From Pseudomonadota bacterium (lineage in GTDB: Bacteria > Pseudomonadota > Gammaproteobacteria > Burkholderiales > Sulfuricellaceae), in contig JBFMFB010000003.1 in assembly GCA_040752115.1 (NCBI GenBank), positions 39,266 through 103,265 of the forward strand: a stretch of DNA of 64,000 bases, given 5' to 3'. A model generated the notes under the pieces. The model saw only the letters and a list, made by a program, of their open reading frames with translations. It did not search any database and was not told the DNA's origin. The translations under genes and the position numbers were made by a program. Of the stretch, positions 1 to 10,005 are shown one piece after another. Each line of letters starts with the position of its first letter. Position 1 is the stretch's first letter.

Positions 1-1731
1 GGCGGCGCGACCTTCGACGCCTGCGTGCGCTTCCTGCGTGAAGACCCGTGGGAGCGCCTGAAAAAGCTGCGCAAGGCGCTGCCCAACAGCCGCATCCAGA
101 TGCTGCTGCGCGGCCAGAACCTGCTCGGTTACCGCAACTACCCCGACGACGTGGTGCGCGCCTTCGTGCAGAAATCCGCCGACAACGGCGTAGACGTGTT
201 CCGCATTTTTGACGCCATGAATGACGTGCGCAACATGCGCGTCTCGATCGAAGCGGTGAAGGCCGTCGGCAAGCACGCCGAAGGCGCCATCAGCTACACC
301 ACCAGCCCGGTGCACGACGTTCCGCACTTCGTCGCGCTCGCCAAGGAACTGGAATCGATGGGCTGCGACACCCTCGCCATCAAAGACATGGCCGGCCTGC
401 TCACCCCCTACACCACGGGCGAACTGGTCAAGGCGCTGAAAGCGGCGATATCCATTCCGATTCATCTCCACAGCCACGCCACCTCGGGACTGTCGGCGAT
501 GAGCCTGCTGAAGGGGGCGGAAAACGGCGCCACTCATCTCGACACCTGCATCTCCTCATTCGGCGAAGGGGCGAGCCACTCCTCCACCGAAAGCATTGTG
601 GCGGCACTGGCCGGCACCGAACACGATACCGGCCTCAGCTTGCCGCTGCTGCAGGAAATCGCCGCCTATTTCCGCGAAGTGCGCAAGAAATACTGGCAGT
701 TCGAAAGCGCCTTCACCGGCGTGGACAGCCGCGTGCTGGTCAATCAGGTGCCGGGCGGTATGATCTCGAATCTCTCCAACCAGCTCAAGGACCAGGGTGC
801 GCTCGACCGCATGGACGAAGTGCTGGCCGAGATTCCACGCGTGCGCGAAGACCTCGGCTATCCGCCGCTGGTCACGCCCACTTCGCAGATCGTCGGCACC
901 CAGGCGGTGCTCAATGTGCTCACTGGCCAGCGCTACAAATCGGTCACCACCGAAGTCAAAAACTACCTCCAGGGCCGCTACGGCAGGGCGCCGGGGCCGA
1001 TCAATGCCCAAGTGCGCAGCATGGCCATCGGCAATGTTGAGGTCGTCACCTGTCGTCCGGCCGATTTGCTGGAAGACGAGATGGAAAAACTGCGCATGGA
1101 GATCGAGAATCTGGCGAAGAGCGAAGAAGACGTGCTCACCTACGCCATGTTCCCCGAGCTTGCCCGCACCTTCCTGCAGGAGCGCGCCGCCGGCACGCTG
1201 AAACCAGAACAGTTGCTGCCCGCCGGCGCAAACCTGAGCTGCGGGCCGTTCTTCGCCCCCAACGAATTCAACGTCACGCTGCACGGCGAGACCTACCATA
1301 TCCACATCACCGGTTCCGGCCGGCCGGGCGAGGAGCATCGCCCGTTCTTCGTCTCCGTCGATGGCGTGCCGGAAGAAGTGGTTGTCGAAACCCTGAGCGA
1401 AATCGAAGTGTTCGCCGGCGGCGGCGGCATCGTCGCAAACGGCGCCAAGAAAGCCGCCGCAGGCGGTGCCGCCAAACCCGCCGCCGCAGGCAAGCGGCCG
1501 CGCCCGTCACACCAAGGGCACGTCACCACCGCCATGCCCGGCACCATCGTGGATGTGCTGGTGGAACCCGGCAAGAAGGTCAGCGCCGGCGACCCGGTCC
1601 TGGTGATCGAGGCCATGAAGATGGAAAACGAGATACAGGCGCCGGTCTCCGGCATGGTGATCGCGGTGCACGTCAAGAAGGGGGACAGCGTCACCCCTGA
1701 CGAATCACTGCTCGAAATTCAGCCGGAATAG
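1..1731 (+). CDS. Oxaloacetate decarboxylase alpha / pyruvate carboxylase B-type subunit (carboxyltransferase plus biotinyl domain), 5' end outside window
   Basis: Frame 1 is open from nt 1 ([20 protein letters not shown]...). Track ORF 25..1731 starts at an internal GTG. C-terminal biotinylation motif EAMKMENEI follows an Ala/Gly/Pro/Lys linker. Confidence 0.9.
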   Translation, partial: GGATFDACVRFLREDPWERLKKLRKALPNSRIQMLLRGQNLLGYRNYPDDVVRAFVQKSADNGVDVFRIFDAMNDVRNMRVSIEAVKAVGKHAEGAISYTTSPVHDVPHFVALAKELESMGCDTLAIKDMAGLLTPYTTGELVKALKAAISIPIHLHSHATSGLSAMSLLKGAENGATHLDTCISSFGEGASHSSTESIVAALAGTEHDTGLSLPLLQEIAAYFREVRKKYWQFESAFTGVDSRVLVNQVPGGMISNLSNQLKDQGALDRMDEVLAEIPRVREDLGYPPLVTPTSQIVGTQAVLNVLTGQRYKSVTTEVKNYLQGRYGRAPGPINAQVRSMAIGNVEVVTCRPADLLEDEMEKLRMEIENLAKSEEDVLTYAMFPELARTFLQERAAGTLKPEQLLPAGANLSCGPFFAPNEFNVTLHGETYHIHITGSGRPGEEHRPFFVSVDGVPEEVVVETLSEIEVFAGGGGIVANGAKKAAAGGAAKPAAAGKRPRPSHQGHVTTAMPGTIVDVLVEPGKKVSAGDPVLVIEAMKMENEIQAPVSGMVIAVHVKKGDSVTPDESLLEIQPE

Positions 1732-1808
1732 GAAGATGCCGAGCCCCCGGTAGAAAACCTTGGGCAGCACCCCGGCAGGATCGGCAGCCGGAACCCGGAG
1801 TTCGCGCA

Positions 1809-2384
1809 TTGAAACTCGTCCTCGCCTCCACCTCCCCCTACCGCCGCGAGCTGCTGGCGCGGCTGCAACTGCCGTTCGAGGTATTTGCGCCCGAGGTGGA
1901 CGAGACTCCGCTGCCGGACGAACAGCCCGAGCACACCGCCGCGCGCCTCGCCGAGGCAAAAGCGCGGGCTGCCGGGCAGCGCTTTCCCACCGCCCTCATC
2001 ATCGGCTCCGACCAGGTCGCCGTCCTCGACGGCATGCCGCTCGGCAAACCCCATACCCACGACAATGCAGTCAGGCAGTTGCGCATGATGCGCGGCCGGC
2101 AGGTCATCTTCCATACCGCCCTGTGCCTGTTCAACAGCCGCACCGGCCGGGCGCAAACGCGAGTCGTCCCCTTCACCGTGCACTTCCGCGACCTGGGCGA
2201 CGAACAGATCGAGCATTACCTGCGGAAAGAGCAGCCCTACAACTGCGCCGGCAGCGCCAAATCGGAGGGGCTCGGCATCGCCCTGATCGAGAAAATGGAA
2301 GGCGACGACCCCAATGCCCTGATCGGCCTGCCGCTGATCGCGCTGGTGGACATGCTGCGGAACGAAGGGGTGGAAGTCGTCTGA
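1809..2384 (+). CDS. maf: Maf-like nucleoside triphosphate pyrophosphatase
   Basis: 191 aa, [16 protein letters not shown]... with [12 protein letters not shown] and [15 protein letters not shown] segments typical of the Maf/YceF family. Confidence 0.9.
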   Translation: MKLVLASTSPYRRELLARLQLPFEVFAPEVDETPLPDEQPEHTAARLAEAKARAAGQRFPTALIIGSDQVAVLDGMPLGKPHTHDNAVRQLRMMRGRQVIFHTALCLFNSRTGRAQTRVVPFTVHFRDLGDEQIEHYLRKEQPYNCAGSAKSEGLGIALIEKMEGDDPNALIGLPLIALVDMLRNEGVEVV

Positions 2385-2401
2385 TCCGAAAAACGGCATT
2401 T

Positions 2402-2525
2402 GGCCACGAATGACACGAATAAGCACGAATAAGGACAATGAAGTGCGACCGATTTACAGCACACCATCCAGGTGAGCGCAGCCCCATGAGTAACATCATG
2501 ATGATTCGTGAACATTCGTGGCTAG
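2402..2525. repeat. CACGAAT heptad palindromic element, copy 1
   Basis: Three direct CACGAAT heptads (2405-2430) at 9-10 bp spacing, answered by inverted ATTCGTG heptads (2504-2520). Termini GGCCACGAATG / CATTCGTGGCTAGG. Lies between maf and the next gene. Confidence 0.7.
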
Positions 2526-2545
2526 GACGCTTTTTCTAAGTTGAT

Positions 2546-3262
2546 ATGGCGCAGCCCGGCACTCTCTACCTCATTCCCGCGCCGCTCGGGGAACAAGGCG
2601 ATATTTCCTCGGTCATTCCGGAACGAGTCAGACGGATCGCCGCCGTGCTTGATACCTTCGTCGTCGAGCATCCGAAAACCGCGCGCCAAGTATTGAAGCG
2701 CCTTGGCACGCAAATCCCGCTGCAGCAAATCCAGCTTGTCGTCCTCGACAAGGACACGCCTCCAGAACAGCTTGCGCGACTGCTCCAGCCGCTGTTGGCG
2801 GGGAAGAACGTGGGACTGATGTCCGAAGCAGGCTGCCCCGCGGTGGCCGATCCCGGCGCCCTGCTGGTGCGCCTCGCCCATGACAAGGGTATCCCGGTCG
2901 CGCCCCTGGTCGGCCCCTCTTCCATCCTGCTTGCGCTCATGGCCTCCGGCCTCAATGGCCAGCGTTTCGCCTTCCACGGCTACCTGCCGGTCGACAAGAC
3001 CGAACGCAGGAAAAAACTCGCCGAACTCGAACAGGAATCCCGCACCCGCGACCAGACCCAGATCTTCATCGAAACGCCCTACCGCAACCGGCAGATGGCG
3101 GAAGACATCCTCGCCGCCTGCGGCAGGAACACCAGCGTATGCATCGCCGCCGATCTGACCCAGCCGGGCGAATTCGTCAAAACCAGGAAAGTGGGAGAGT
3201 GGGGAAAGAACCTGCCCGACCTCAACAAACGGCCGGCAATTTTTTTGATTTACGCCGCATGA
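2546..3262 (+). CDS. RsmI-like (tetrapyrrole-methylase fold) SAM-dependent methyltransferase
   Basis: 238 aa, MAQPGTLYLIPAPLGE..., SEAGCPAVADPG and ETPYRN motifs as in the RsmI-like family. Confidence 0.75.
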   Translation: MAQPGTLYLIPAPLGEQGDISSVIPERVRRIAAVLDTFVVEHPKTARQVLKRLGTQIPLQQIQLVVLDKDTPPEQLARLLQPLLAGKNVGLMSEAGCPAVADPGALLVRLAHDKGIPVAPLVGPSSILLALMASGLNGQRFAFHGYLPVDKTERRKKLAELEQESRTRDQTQIFIETPYRNRQMAEDILAACGRNTSVCIAADLTQPGEFVKTRKVGEWGKNLPDLNKRPAIFLIYAA

Positions 3263-3264
3263 TT

Positions 3265-3346
3265 TCGAGTGAGGCGTGAGGGGTGAGGCGTAATGGGGGT
3301 GGTTATGTTCTTCTCACTCCTCACGCCTCGCTTGAATACACCTCAC
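3265..3346. repeat. GTGAGGS heptad repeat with inverted CCTCAC copies
   Basis: GAGTGAGGCGTGAGGGGTGAGGCG (3267-3290) followed by CTCACTCCTCACGCCTCGC (3313-3331) and CCTCAC (3341-3346). Sits between the convergent methyltransferase and thrC ends. Confidence 0.6.
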
Positions 3347-4737
3347 ATCCCCGCATGCGTCACGATGAAACGCTTGACGGCTTCCGCGTCGGCGGGGATC
3401 ACTTCGAAGCGCTGCGGCAGGGATTCGATGTTCTCGTAGCCGGCCGGGCGCTCAGGCGCGCGCCCCAAAGCTTCGCGGATAGTTTCCTCGAACTTGGCCG
3501 GCAGCGCGGTTTCCAGGCATACCAGCGGAATGCCCGCCTCGCGGTGCTCCAGCCCAACCTTCACGCCGTCGGCGGTGTGGGTGTCGATCATCGTTCCGTA
3601 TTTTTCGTAAATGAGGCGGATGGTTTCCAGCCGGTTGCGATGGTTGCTTGAACCAGAGGTGAAGCCGAAATCCTGCACCCTGGCAAAGTACGGCGTCTTC
3701 GCCAGATCGAAGCTGCCGTTCGCATAAAGGCTCTTCACCACCGCGGCATCGCGCCCGACCAGATCATAGACGAAGCGCTCGAAGTTGGAGGCCTTGGAGA
3801 TATCCATCGACGGGCTGCTGGTATGCCGGGTTTCCGCGCGCGGACGGTAGGCGCCGGTGCGGAAGAATTCGTCCAGCACGTCGTTCTCGTTGGTGGCGAC
3901 GATCAGGCGATGAATGGGCAGGCCCATCTGGCGCGCGATGTGGCCGGCGCACACGTTGCCGAAGTTGCCCGAAGGGACGGAAAAGGAGACTTCCTCGTCG
4001 TTGCTCCGGGTGACCGCGAAATAGGCCTTGAAGTAATAAACGATCTGCGCCGTCACCCGCGCCCAGTTGATCGAATTGACCGCGCCGATCCGGTATTTTT
4101 CTTTGAAGGCGAGGTCGTTCGATACCGCCTTGACGATGTCCTGGCAATCGTCGAACACCCCTTCCACCGCCAGGTTGAAGATGTTCGGATCCTGCAGGGA
4201 ATACATCTGGGCGGTCTGGAACGGGCTCATCTTGCCTAGCGGCGAAAGCATGAACACGCGGATGCCCTTCTTGCCGCACATGGCGTATTCGGCCGCCGAG
4301 CCGGTGTCGCCGGAAGTGGCGCCGAGAATGTTGAGTACCGTATTCTCCTTCGCCAGCACGTACTCGAACAGGTTGCCCAGCAACTGCATCGCCACGTCCT
4401 TGAACGCCAGCGTCGGGCCGTTGGACAGCCCCAGGATATGCAGCCCCGGCTCCAGCGTCCGCACCGGCGTGATGTCCTCGCTGTGGAAAATTTCGGCGGT
4501 GTAGGTCTTGTCGACGACCGCTTTGAGGTCGGCGGCCGGGATGTCGTCGGCGAAGCGGCGGATCACCTCGAACGCCAGATCGCGGTAATCGAGACTGCGC
4601 CATGCGGCAAGCTCTTCCCGGTCGATCCTGGGATAGACTTCGGGAACGGTCAGGCCGCCGTCCGGCGCAAGCCCGCCGAGCAGGATTTCGGTAAAGGTCT
4701 TGGGCGGCATGCCGCCGCGGGTGCTGAGATATTTCAT
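3343..4737 (-). CDS. thrC: Threonine synthase
   Basis: Start chosen at MKYLSTRGG (codon 11 of track ORF 3343..4767). Family-wide conserved N-terminus and PLP-enzyme body (GPTLAFKD, SGNFGN). Confidence 0.95.
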   Translation of the reverse strand: MKYLSTRGGMPPKTFTEILLGGLAPDGGLTVPEVYPRIDREELAAWRSLDYRDLAFEVIRRFADDIPAADLKAVVDKTYTAEIFHSEDITPVRTLEPGLHILGLSNGPTLAFKDVAMQLLGNLFEYVLAKENTVLNILGATSGDTGSAAEYAMCGKKGIRVFMLSPLGKMSPFQTAQMYSLQDPNIFNLAVEGVFDDCQDIVKAVSNDLAFKEKYRIGAVNSINWARVTAQIVYYFKAYFAVTRSNDEEVSFSVPSGNFGNVCAGHIARQMGLPIHRLIVATNENDVLDEFFRTGAYRPRAETRHTSSPSMDISKASNFERFVYDLVGRDAAVVKSLYANGSFDLAKTPYFARVQDFGFTSGSSNHRNRLETIRLIYEKYGTMIDTHTADGVKVGLEHREAGIPLVCLETALPAKFEETIREALGRAPERPAGYENIESLPQRFEVIPADAEAVKRFIVTHAGM

Positions 4738-4747
4738 GATGGATCCC

Positions 4748-4820
4748 GTAGGGCGGGTTAGGCGCAAAGCGCCGCAACCCGCCGGATGATGGCGGGTTAC
4801 GCTGCGCTAACCCGCCCTAC
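4748..4820. repeat. REP-like double-hairpin element (GTAGGGCGGG ... CCCGCCCTAC)
   Basis: GTAGGGCGGGTTAG (4748-4761) and CTAACCCGCCCTAC (4807-4820) enclose two internal hairpins (GGCGGGTT..AACCCGCC twice). Located in the hom-thrC spacer. Confidence 0.7.
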
Positions 4821-4829
4821 ATTTCGAGT

Positions 4830-6143
4830 TTACGCGCCGAGTTCTTCCAGACGAATCTTGGTCACCTTGCCGGAGATCGACGGCAGCGCCTCGATCTTTG
4901 CGATGGCCTGGTTGATGTTCTTCTCCACCGTCACATGGGTCAGGATGATGATATCTACCAGCTCCTCTCCCTCCGCCGGCTCTTTCTGGATCATGGCGTC
5001 GATGGAGATTTCCAGGTCGGCCAGGATGCGCGTCACGTCCGCCAGCACGCCGGGCTTGTCGAAAGCCTTGAGGCGCAGGTAGTAGCCGGTGCGGACCTCC
5101 TCCATCGGCAGGATCGGCGCGTCGGACAGGGCGTCCGGCTGGAAGGCCAGGTGCGGCACGCGATGCTCGGGGTCGGCGGTGTGCATGCGCGTCACGTCCA
5201 CCAGGTCGGCCACCACTGCGGAAGCCGTCGGCTCGGAACCTGCGCCGCGGCCGTAGTACATGGTCGCGCCGACGGCGTCGCCCTTCACCAGCACCGCGTT
5301 CATCACCCCCTCGACATTGGCGATCAGGCGCCGGGCGGGAATCAGCGTCGGATGCACCCGCAGCTCGATGCCCTTGCCGGTGCGCTTGGTGATGCCGAGC
5401 AGCTTGATGCGGTAGCCCAGTTCCTCGGCGTAGGCGATATCCTCCTTGGTCAGCTTCGAGATGCCCTCGGTATAGGCCTTGTCGAACTGCATCGGAATAC
5501 CGAAACCGATTGCCGCCATGATGGTGAGCTTGTGGGCGGCGTCGATGCCTTCGATGTCGAAGGTTGGATCAGCCTCGGCATAGCCCAGCCGCTGCGCCTC
5601 CGCCAGCACGGTGTCGAACGCCAGGCCCTTGTCGCGCATCTCGGTCAGGATGAAGTTGGTGGTGCCGTTGATGATGCCCGCAATCCATTCGATGCGGTTG
5701 GCGGTGAGGCCCTCGCGCAGCGCCTTGATGATCGGGATGCCGCCGGCGACGGCGGCTTCGAACGCCACCATCACGCCCTTGTCCTGCGCCGCCTTGAAGA
5801 TTTCGTTGCCGTGCTTGGCAAGCAGCGCCTTGTTGGCGGTCACCACGTGCTTGCCGTTGGCAATGGCCTGGAGCACCAGTTCGCGCGCCGGCGAATAGCC
5901 GCCGATCAGCTCCACCACGATGTCGATGTCGGGGTTGTTGACCACCTCGTAAGGGTCAGCCGTCAGCGCCAGGCCTTCCCCGGCGAACTGGCGTGCCTTT
6001 TCGACATTGCGCACCGCCGCCATCGCGACGCGAATCTCGCGCCCGGCGCGGCGGGTGATTTCCTCGCGGTTGCGCCGCAGCACCGTGAGCGTGCCGCCGC
6101 CGACCGTGCCCAAGCCCAGCAAGCCTACGTTGATTGGTTTCAT
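4830..6143 (-). CDS. hom: Homoserine dehydrogenase
   Basis: Start chosen at MKPINVGLLGLGTVGGG (Rossmann motif). C-terminal ACT-like domain. Track ORF 4830..6170. Confidence 0.95.
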   Translation of the reverse strand: MKPINVGLLGLGTVGGGTLTVLRRNREEITRRAGREIRVAMAAVRNVEKARQFAGEGLALTADPYEVVNNPDIDIVVELIGGYSPARELVLQAIANGKHVVTANKALLAKHGNEIFKAAQDKGVMVAFEAAVAGGIPIIKALREGLTANRIEWIAGIINGTTNFILTEMRDKGLAFDTVLAEAQRLGYAEADPTFDIEGIDAAHKLTIMAAIGFGIPMQFDKAYTEGISKLTKEDIAYAEELGYRIKLLGITKRTGKGIELRVHPTLIPARRLIANVEGVMNAVLVKGDAVGATMYYGRGAGSEPTASAVVADLVDVTRMHTADPEHRVPHLAFQPDALSDAPILPMEEVRTGYYLRLKAFDKPGVLADVTRILADLEISIDAMIQKEPAEGEELVDIIILTHVTVEKNINQAIAKIEALPSISGKVTKIRLEELGA

Positions 6144-6168
6144 ATTGTTTTCCTGGATTCTAAACATC

Positions 6169-6256
6169 AACCACGAATGGCACGAATCAACACGAATGAA
6201 AACAACCCATTGCTATTCGCGCACATTCGTGGTCATTCGTGAAAATTCGTGGTTAG
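6169..6256. repeat. CACGAAT heptad palindromic element, copy 2
   Basis: CACGAAT at 6172, 6181 and 6191. Inverted ATTCG(C/T)G at 6215, 6225, 6235 and 6245. Termini AACCACGAATGG / AATTCGTGGTTAGG. Located in the alaA-hom spacer. Confidence 0.7.
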
Positions 6257-6274
6257 GTTGTTTTCTTGTACCTT

Positions 6275-7528
6275 TCAAGAACCATGCCGCTTGCGATAAT
6301 TGTCGAGAAAGCGTGCGATGCGCCCGATCGCCTCGGTGAGGTCATCCACGTTGGGCAGGAACACCACCCGGAAATGGTCGGGATGCGGCCAGTTGAAGCC
6401 GCTGCCCTGCACCGCCAGCACCTTTTCTTCGAGCAGCAGATCGAGAATGAACTGCTGGTCGTCGGCGATGGGATAAAGCTTGGGATCGAGCCGCGGAAAC
6501 AGGTACATCGCGCCCTGCGGCTTGACGCAGGAAACGCCGGGTATCTGGGTGAGCAGTTCCCATGCGCGGTCGCGCTGGCGGCACAGGCGGCCGGCCGGAG
6601 CGACCAGGTCGTTGATGCTCTGGTAGCCGCCGAGCGCCGTCTGGATCGCGTATTGCGACGGCACGTTGGCGCATAGCCGCATCGAAGCCAGCATGGTCAG
6701 CCCCTCGATGTAATCCCGCGCGTGGCGCTTCTCGCCCGAAACCACCAGCCAGCCGGCGCGGTAGCCGGCGGCACGGTAGTTCTTCGACAGGCCGTTGAAG
6801 GTGACGAACAGCACGTCGTCCGCCAGCGATGCGATCGAAGTGTGCGTCGCTCCGTCGTACAGCACCTTGTCGTAGATTTCGTCCGAATAGACGATGAGAT
6901 TGTGCTGGCGCGCAATCTCCACGACCTCCCGCAGCAGTTCGACCGGATACAGCGCGCCGGTCGGATTGTTCGGGTTGATGAGGACGATGGCGCGAGTGTT
7001 CGGCGTGATCTTGGCGCGGATGTCGTCGAGATCGGGCAGCCAGCCGGCCCCTTCGTCGCAGACATAATGGCGCGGAGTGCCGCCGGCCAGCGTCACCGCC
7101 GCCGTCCACAAAGGATAATCGGGGGCCGGCACCAGCACTTCGTCGCCGTTGTTGAGCAGCGCCTGCATCGACATCACGATCAGCTCGGACACGCCGTTGC
7201 CGATGTAGATATCCTCCAGGCGCACATCGGCGATCTTCTTTTCCTGGGTGTAATGCATGATCGCCTTGCGCGCGGCGAACAATCCCTTGGAGTCGGAATA
7301 ACCCGAGGCCTCGGGCAGGTTATGGATGACGTCCTGGATAAGCTCTTCCGGCGCCTCGAAGCCGAACGGCGCAGGATTGCCGATGTTGAGCTTGATGATG
7401 CGGTGCCCGTCTTCCTCCATCTGCCGGGCGCGCGCCAGCACCGGCCCGCGGATGTCGTAGCAGACATTGGCGAGTTTGGCGGATTTGAGCACGGGGCGCA
7501 CGGCCGGGGCGTTCCTGGGAGTCTTCAT
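6275..7528 (-). CDS. alaA: Alanine (glutamate-pyruvate) aminotransferase, PLP-dependent
   Basis: Start chosen at MKTPRN. Long collinear similarity to E. coli AlaA as I remember it (KLANVCYDIRGPVL, KLNIGNPAPFGF, LVPAPDYPLWTAA, FNGLSKNYRAAGYR, MRLCANVPSQYAIQTALGGYQSI). Confidence 0.93.
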   Translation of the reverse strand: MKTPRNAPAVRPVLKSAKLANVCYDIRGPVLARARQMEEDGHRIIKLNIGNPAPFGFEAPEELIQDVIHNLPEASGYSDSKGLFAARKAIMHYTQEKKIADVRLEDIYIGNGVSELIVMSMQALLNNGDEVLVPAPDYPLWTAAVTLAGGTPRHYVCDEGAGWLPDLDDIRAKITPNTRAIVLINPNNPTGALYPVELLREVVEIARQHNLIVYSDEIYDKVLYDGATHTSIASLADDVLFVTFNGLSKNYRAAGYRAGWLVVSGEKRHARDYIEGLTMLASMRLCANVPSQYAIQTALGGYQSINDLVAPAGRLCRQRDRAWELLTQIPGVSCVKPQGAMYLFPRLDPKLYPIADDQQFILDLLLEEKVLAVQGSGFNWPHPDHFRVVFLPNVDDLTEAIGRIARFLDNYRKRHGS

Positions 7529-7596
7529 CGAAAAATCGTGCAAAATGTATAATGTTACTTGAGCAAGCAACGACTCGCAAATTGAGAAGCCCCCTC

Positions 7597-7968
7597 ATGA
7601 AGCTCCACCTCACTACTGCCACCAACCAGAACATCATCACCGGCTACGGCAACGACCACGTGATGATCAACCGGGAACGCCACGAACGCAGCCTGATTCT
7701 GCTGCCCGACCGCATGGTGGAGAACTGGGAAGCCGAGGATTTCGCCGCGCTCACCGCCGCCCACTTCGAAGCGATCGCCAGCCTCGCGCCGGAACTGGTC
7801 CTGCTCGGCACCGGCCCAACCCTGCGTTTCCCCTCCCCCGCGCTTTCGCAGGCGCTCGCCCGTGCAAACATCGGACTGGAAGCCATGGACACCCCCGCGG
7901 CGTGCCGCACCTACAACATCCTCATGGCGGAAGGCCGGAAGGTCGCAGCGGCGCTGATTATCGGCTAG
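7597..7968 (+). CDS. Mth938-like (DUF498) domain protein
   Basis: Start chosen at MKLHLT. ITGYG...I.INRERHERSLILLPD and LLGTG motifs typical of the Mth938/NDUFAF3-like family. Confidence 0.75.
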   Translation: MKLHLTTATNQNIITGYGNDHVMINRERHERSLILLPDRMVENWEAEDFAALTAAHFEAIASLAPELVLLGTGPTLRFPSPALSQALARANIGLEAMDTPAACRTYNILMAEGRKVAAALIIG

Positions 7969-8089
7969 CGCAGGGCTTTCCGAGCCGGAATACGCGCCCT
8001 CTCCGACAGCTTCTCCGGCAGCCCCTGAACTTCCGCGATACGCGGTGTCAGAAAATCATGCTGCGATCTTATGCGAGAGGAGAATCCGG

Positions 8090-8572
8090 ATGCCCCCAAA
8101 ATCGATCATGAAAACCGTGGTTGCGGGACTGGCGGGCGGAATGGCGATGAGCCTGGCGATGTTGCTGACTTTCCGGGTGATCGGCTTCGGTTGGAACGGT
8201 GAGGGTATTCTGCTTACGTCCCCAATGCAAAGCAGGAAACTCATTGCAGTCTGGACGCAGCTGGAACCCCTTCCCCTCATCATCGCCAATCCGGCGCCGA
8301 TTATTGTTGGGCTGGTACTTTTCGGCATTGGCCATGCCTTCGTTTACCGGTGGCTCGCTGCTGCATGGCCCCGCGGGATTGCCGCGCGAGCGTTGAGGCT
8401 GGCGGGCGTGCTGTTCTTTATTGCATTTTTGTTTTGGGAATTTTTTACGCCATTCAACCAGTTTGGAGAACCGCTGCCCCTTGTCGCGCTGGAACTGTCC
8501 TTCTGGGCGCTCGTCGCCCTCGCTGAGGCATTCGCCATCGCTTCCGTCATGGAGTACAAGAGCGCTCGCTAG
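8090..8572 (+). CDS. Hypothetical integral membrane protein (about four predicted TM segments)
   Basis: ATG at 8090 preceded by GAGAGGAGAA. Hydrophobic segments throughout. No family recognised. The 3' end overlaps the rimO 3' end. Confidence 0.55.
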   Translation: MPPKSIMKTVVAGLAGGMAMSLAMLLTFRVIGFGWNGEGILLTSPMQSRKLIAVWTQLEPLPLIIANPAPIIVGLVLFGIGHAFVYRWLAAAWPRGIAARALRLAGVLFFIAFLFWEFFTPFNQFGEPLPLVALELSFWALVALAEAFAIASVMEYKSAR

Positions 8573-9905
8573 TTTTGGTGACCGCAAGCCCGATGCACCT
8601 TCCCCACAGGTCGTGCTCGTCCGAACCGGTAATTTCGACCTCGGCGAAATCCCCCGCTTTGAGGCCATCCGCGTCGTCGACGTACACCAGCCCGTCCACG
8701 CTCGGCGCATCCGCCTGGCTGCGGGCGATGGCGCCTTCTTCGTCCACCTCGTCCACCAGCACGGTGAGGCGCTTGCCGACTTTTCTTGCCAGCTTGGCGG
8801 CGCTGATTTCTTCCTGCACTTCCATCAGGCGCGCCAGGCGGTCTTCCTTCACTTCTTCCGGCACCTGGCCCGGTAGTTCATTGGCCGCCGCGCCTTCCAC
8901 CGGCGAATAGGCGAAACAACCCACCCGGTCGAGTTGCGCCTCTTCGAGGAAAGCCAACAGCGTTTCAAAATCCTTTTCGGTTTCGCCGGGAAAGCCGACG
9001 ATGAAGGTGCTGCGCAGCGTGATCTCCGGGCAGATTTCTCGCCAGCGCCGGATGCGCGCCAGGTTGTTTTCGCTGCTGGCGGGTCGCTTCATGGCCTTGA
9101 GGATTTTCGGGCTGGCATGCTGAAACGGGACGTCCAGGTAAGGGAGTATCCTGCCCTCGGTCATCAGCGGGATGATGTCGTCCACCGCGGGATAGGGATA
9201 AACATAGTGCAGCCTCACCCAGACGCCGAGATCGCCCAGCAGGCGCGCCAGCTCCAGAAGGCGGGTCTTGACCGGCCTGCCCTGCCAGAAGCCGGTGCGG
9301 TATTTCACGTCCACGCCGTAGGCGCTGGTGTCCTGCGACACCACCAGCAGTTCCTTCACCCCGGCCTTGACAAGATTTTCCGCCTCCTGCATCACTTCCC
9401 CCAGCGGGCGGCTGACCAGATCGCCGCGCAGCGACGGAATGATGCAGAAACTGCAGCGATGGTTGCAGCCTTCGGATATCTTCAGATAGGCATAGTGCTT
9501 CGGCGTCAGCTTGATGCCGTGCGGCGGCACCAGGCTCAGGAACGGATCGTGCGGCTGCGGCAGATGGGCGTGCACCGCCGACATCACTTCGGCCGTCGCG
9601 TGCGGCCCGGTCACTGCCAGCACCTGCGGATGCGCCGCGCGCACCACGTCTTCCTTCGCGCCCAGACAGCCGGTGACGATCACCTTGCCGTTCTCGGCCA
9701 GCGCCTCGCCGATGGCATCGAGCGATTCCTCGACCGCGGCATCGATGAAACCGCAGGTATTGACCACCACCAGATCGGCGTTCTCGTAGCTCGGAGAAAT
9801 TTCGTAGCCCTCGACGCGCAGGCGCGTCAGGATTTGCTCCGAATCCACCAGCGCCTTGGCGCAGCCGAGGGAGACGAAGCCGATTTTTGGAGCGGAGCGG
9901 GGCAT
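8547..9905 (-). CDS. rimO: Ribosomal protein S12 methylthiotransferase
   Basis: Start chosen at [15 protein letters not shown]. Radical-SAM CNHRCSFC motif. TRAM-like C-terminus. Confidence 0.93.
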   Translation of the reverse strand: MPRSAPKIGFVSLGCAKALVDSEQILTRLRVEGYEISPSYENADLVVVNTCGFIDAAVEESLDAIGEALAENGKVIVTGCLGAKEDVVRAAHPQVLAVTGPHATAEVMSAVHAHLPQPHDPFLSLVPPHGIKLTPKHYAYLKISEGCNHRCSFCIIPSLRGDLVSRPLGEVMQEAENLVKAGVKELLVVSQDTSAYGVDVKYRTGFWQGRPVKTRLLELARLLGDLGVWVRLHYVYPYPAVDDIIPLMTEGRILPYLDVPFQHASPKILKAMKRPASSENNLARIRRWREICPEITLRSTFIVGFPGETEKDFETLLAFLEEAQLDRVGCFAYSPVEGAAANELPGQVPEEVKEDRLARLMEVQEEISAAKLARKVGKRLTVLVDEVDEEGAIARSQADAPSVDGLVYVDDADGLKAGDFAEVEITGSDEHDLWGRCIGLAVTKTSERSCTP

Positions 9906-10005
9906 TTTATGTTGTCGCAGATTCAAATTGGGTTGACGGGATCCAGCGGATCAATGGCGTTCATTTTTTTAGCGCGGCGTTGGAATGCCGCAACGCAGGT
10001 AGAAA

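Noticed and set aside
1760-2413. 217-aa plus-strand ORF overlapping maf in another frame
   Set aside because: Its product is Arg/Pro/Ala-rich and featureless. The maf frame (1809..2384) carries clear family motifs.
4935-6242. 435-aa plus-strand ORF antisense to hom, with similar long antisense ORFs at 16894..18273, 30431..31819, 34247..35788, 52186..53259 and 54587..55873
   Set aside because: Each lies opposite a strongly recognisable housekeeping or nos gene, lacks motifs, and has skewed Arg/Gly/His/Asp/Val composition. I treat them all as GC-driven spurious frames.
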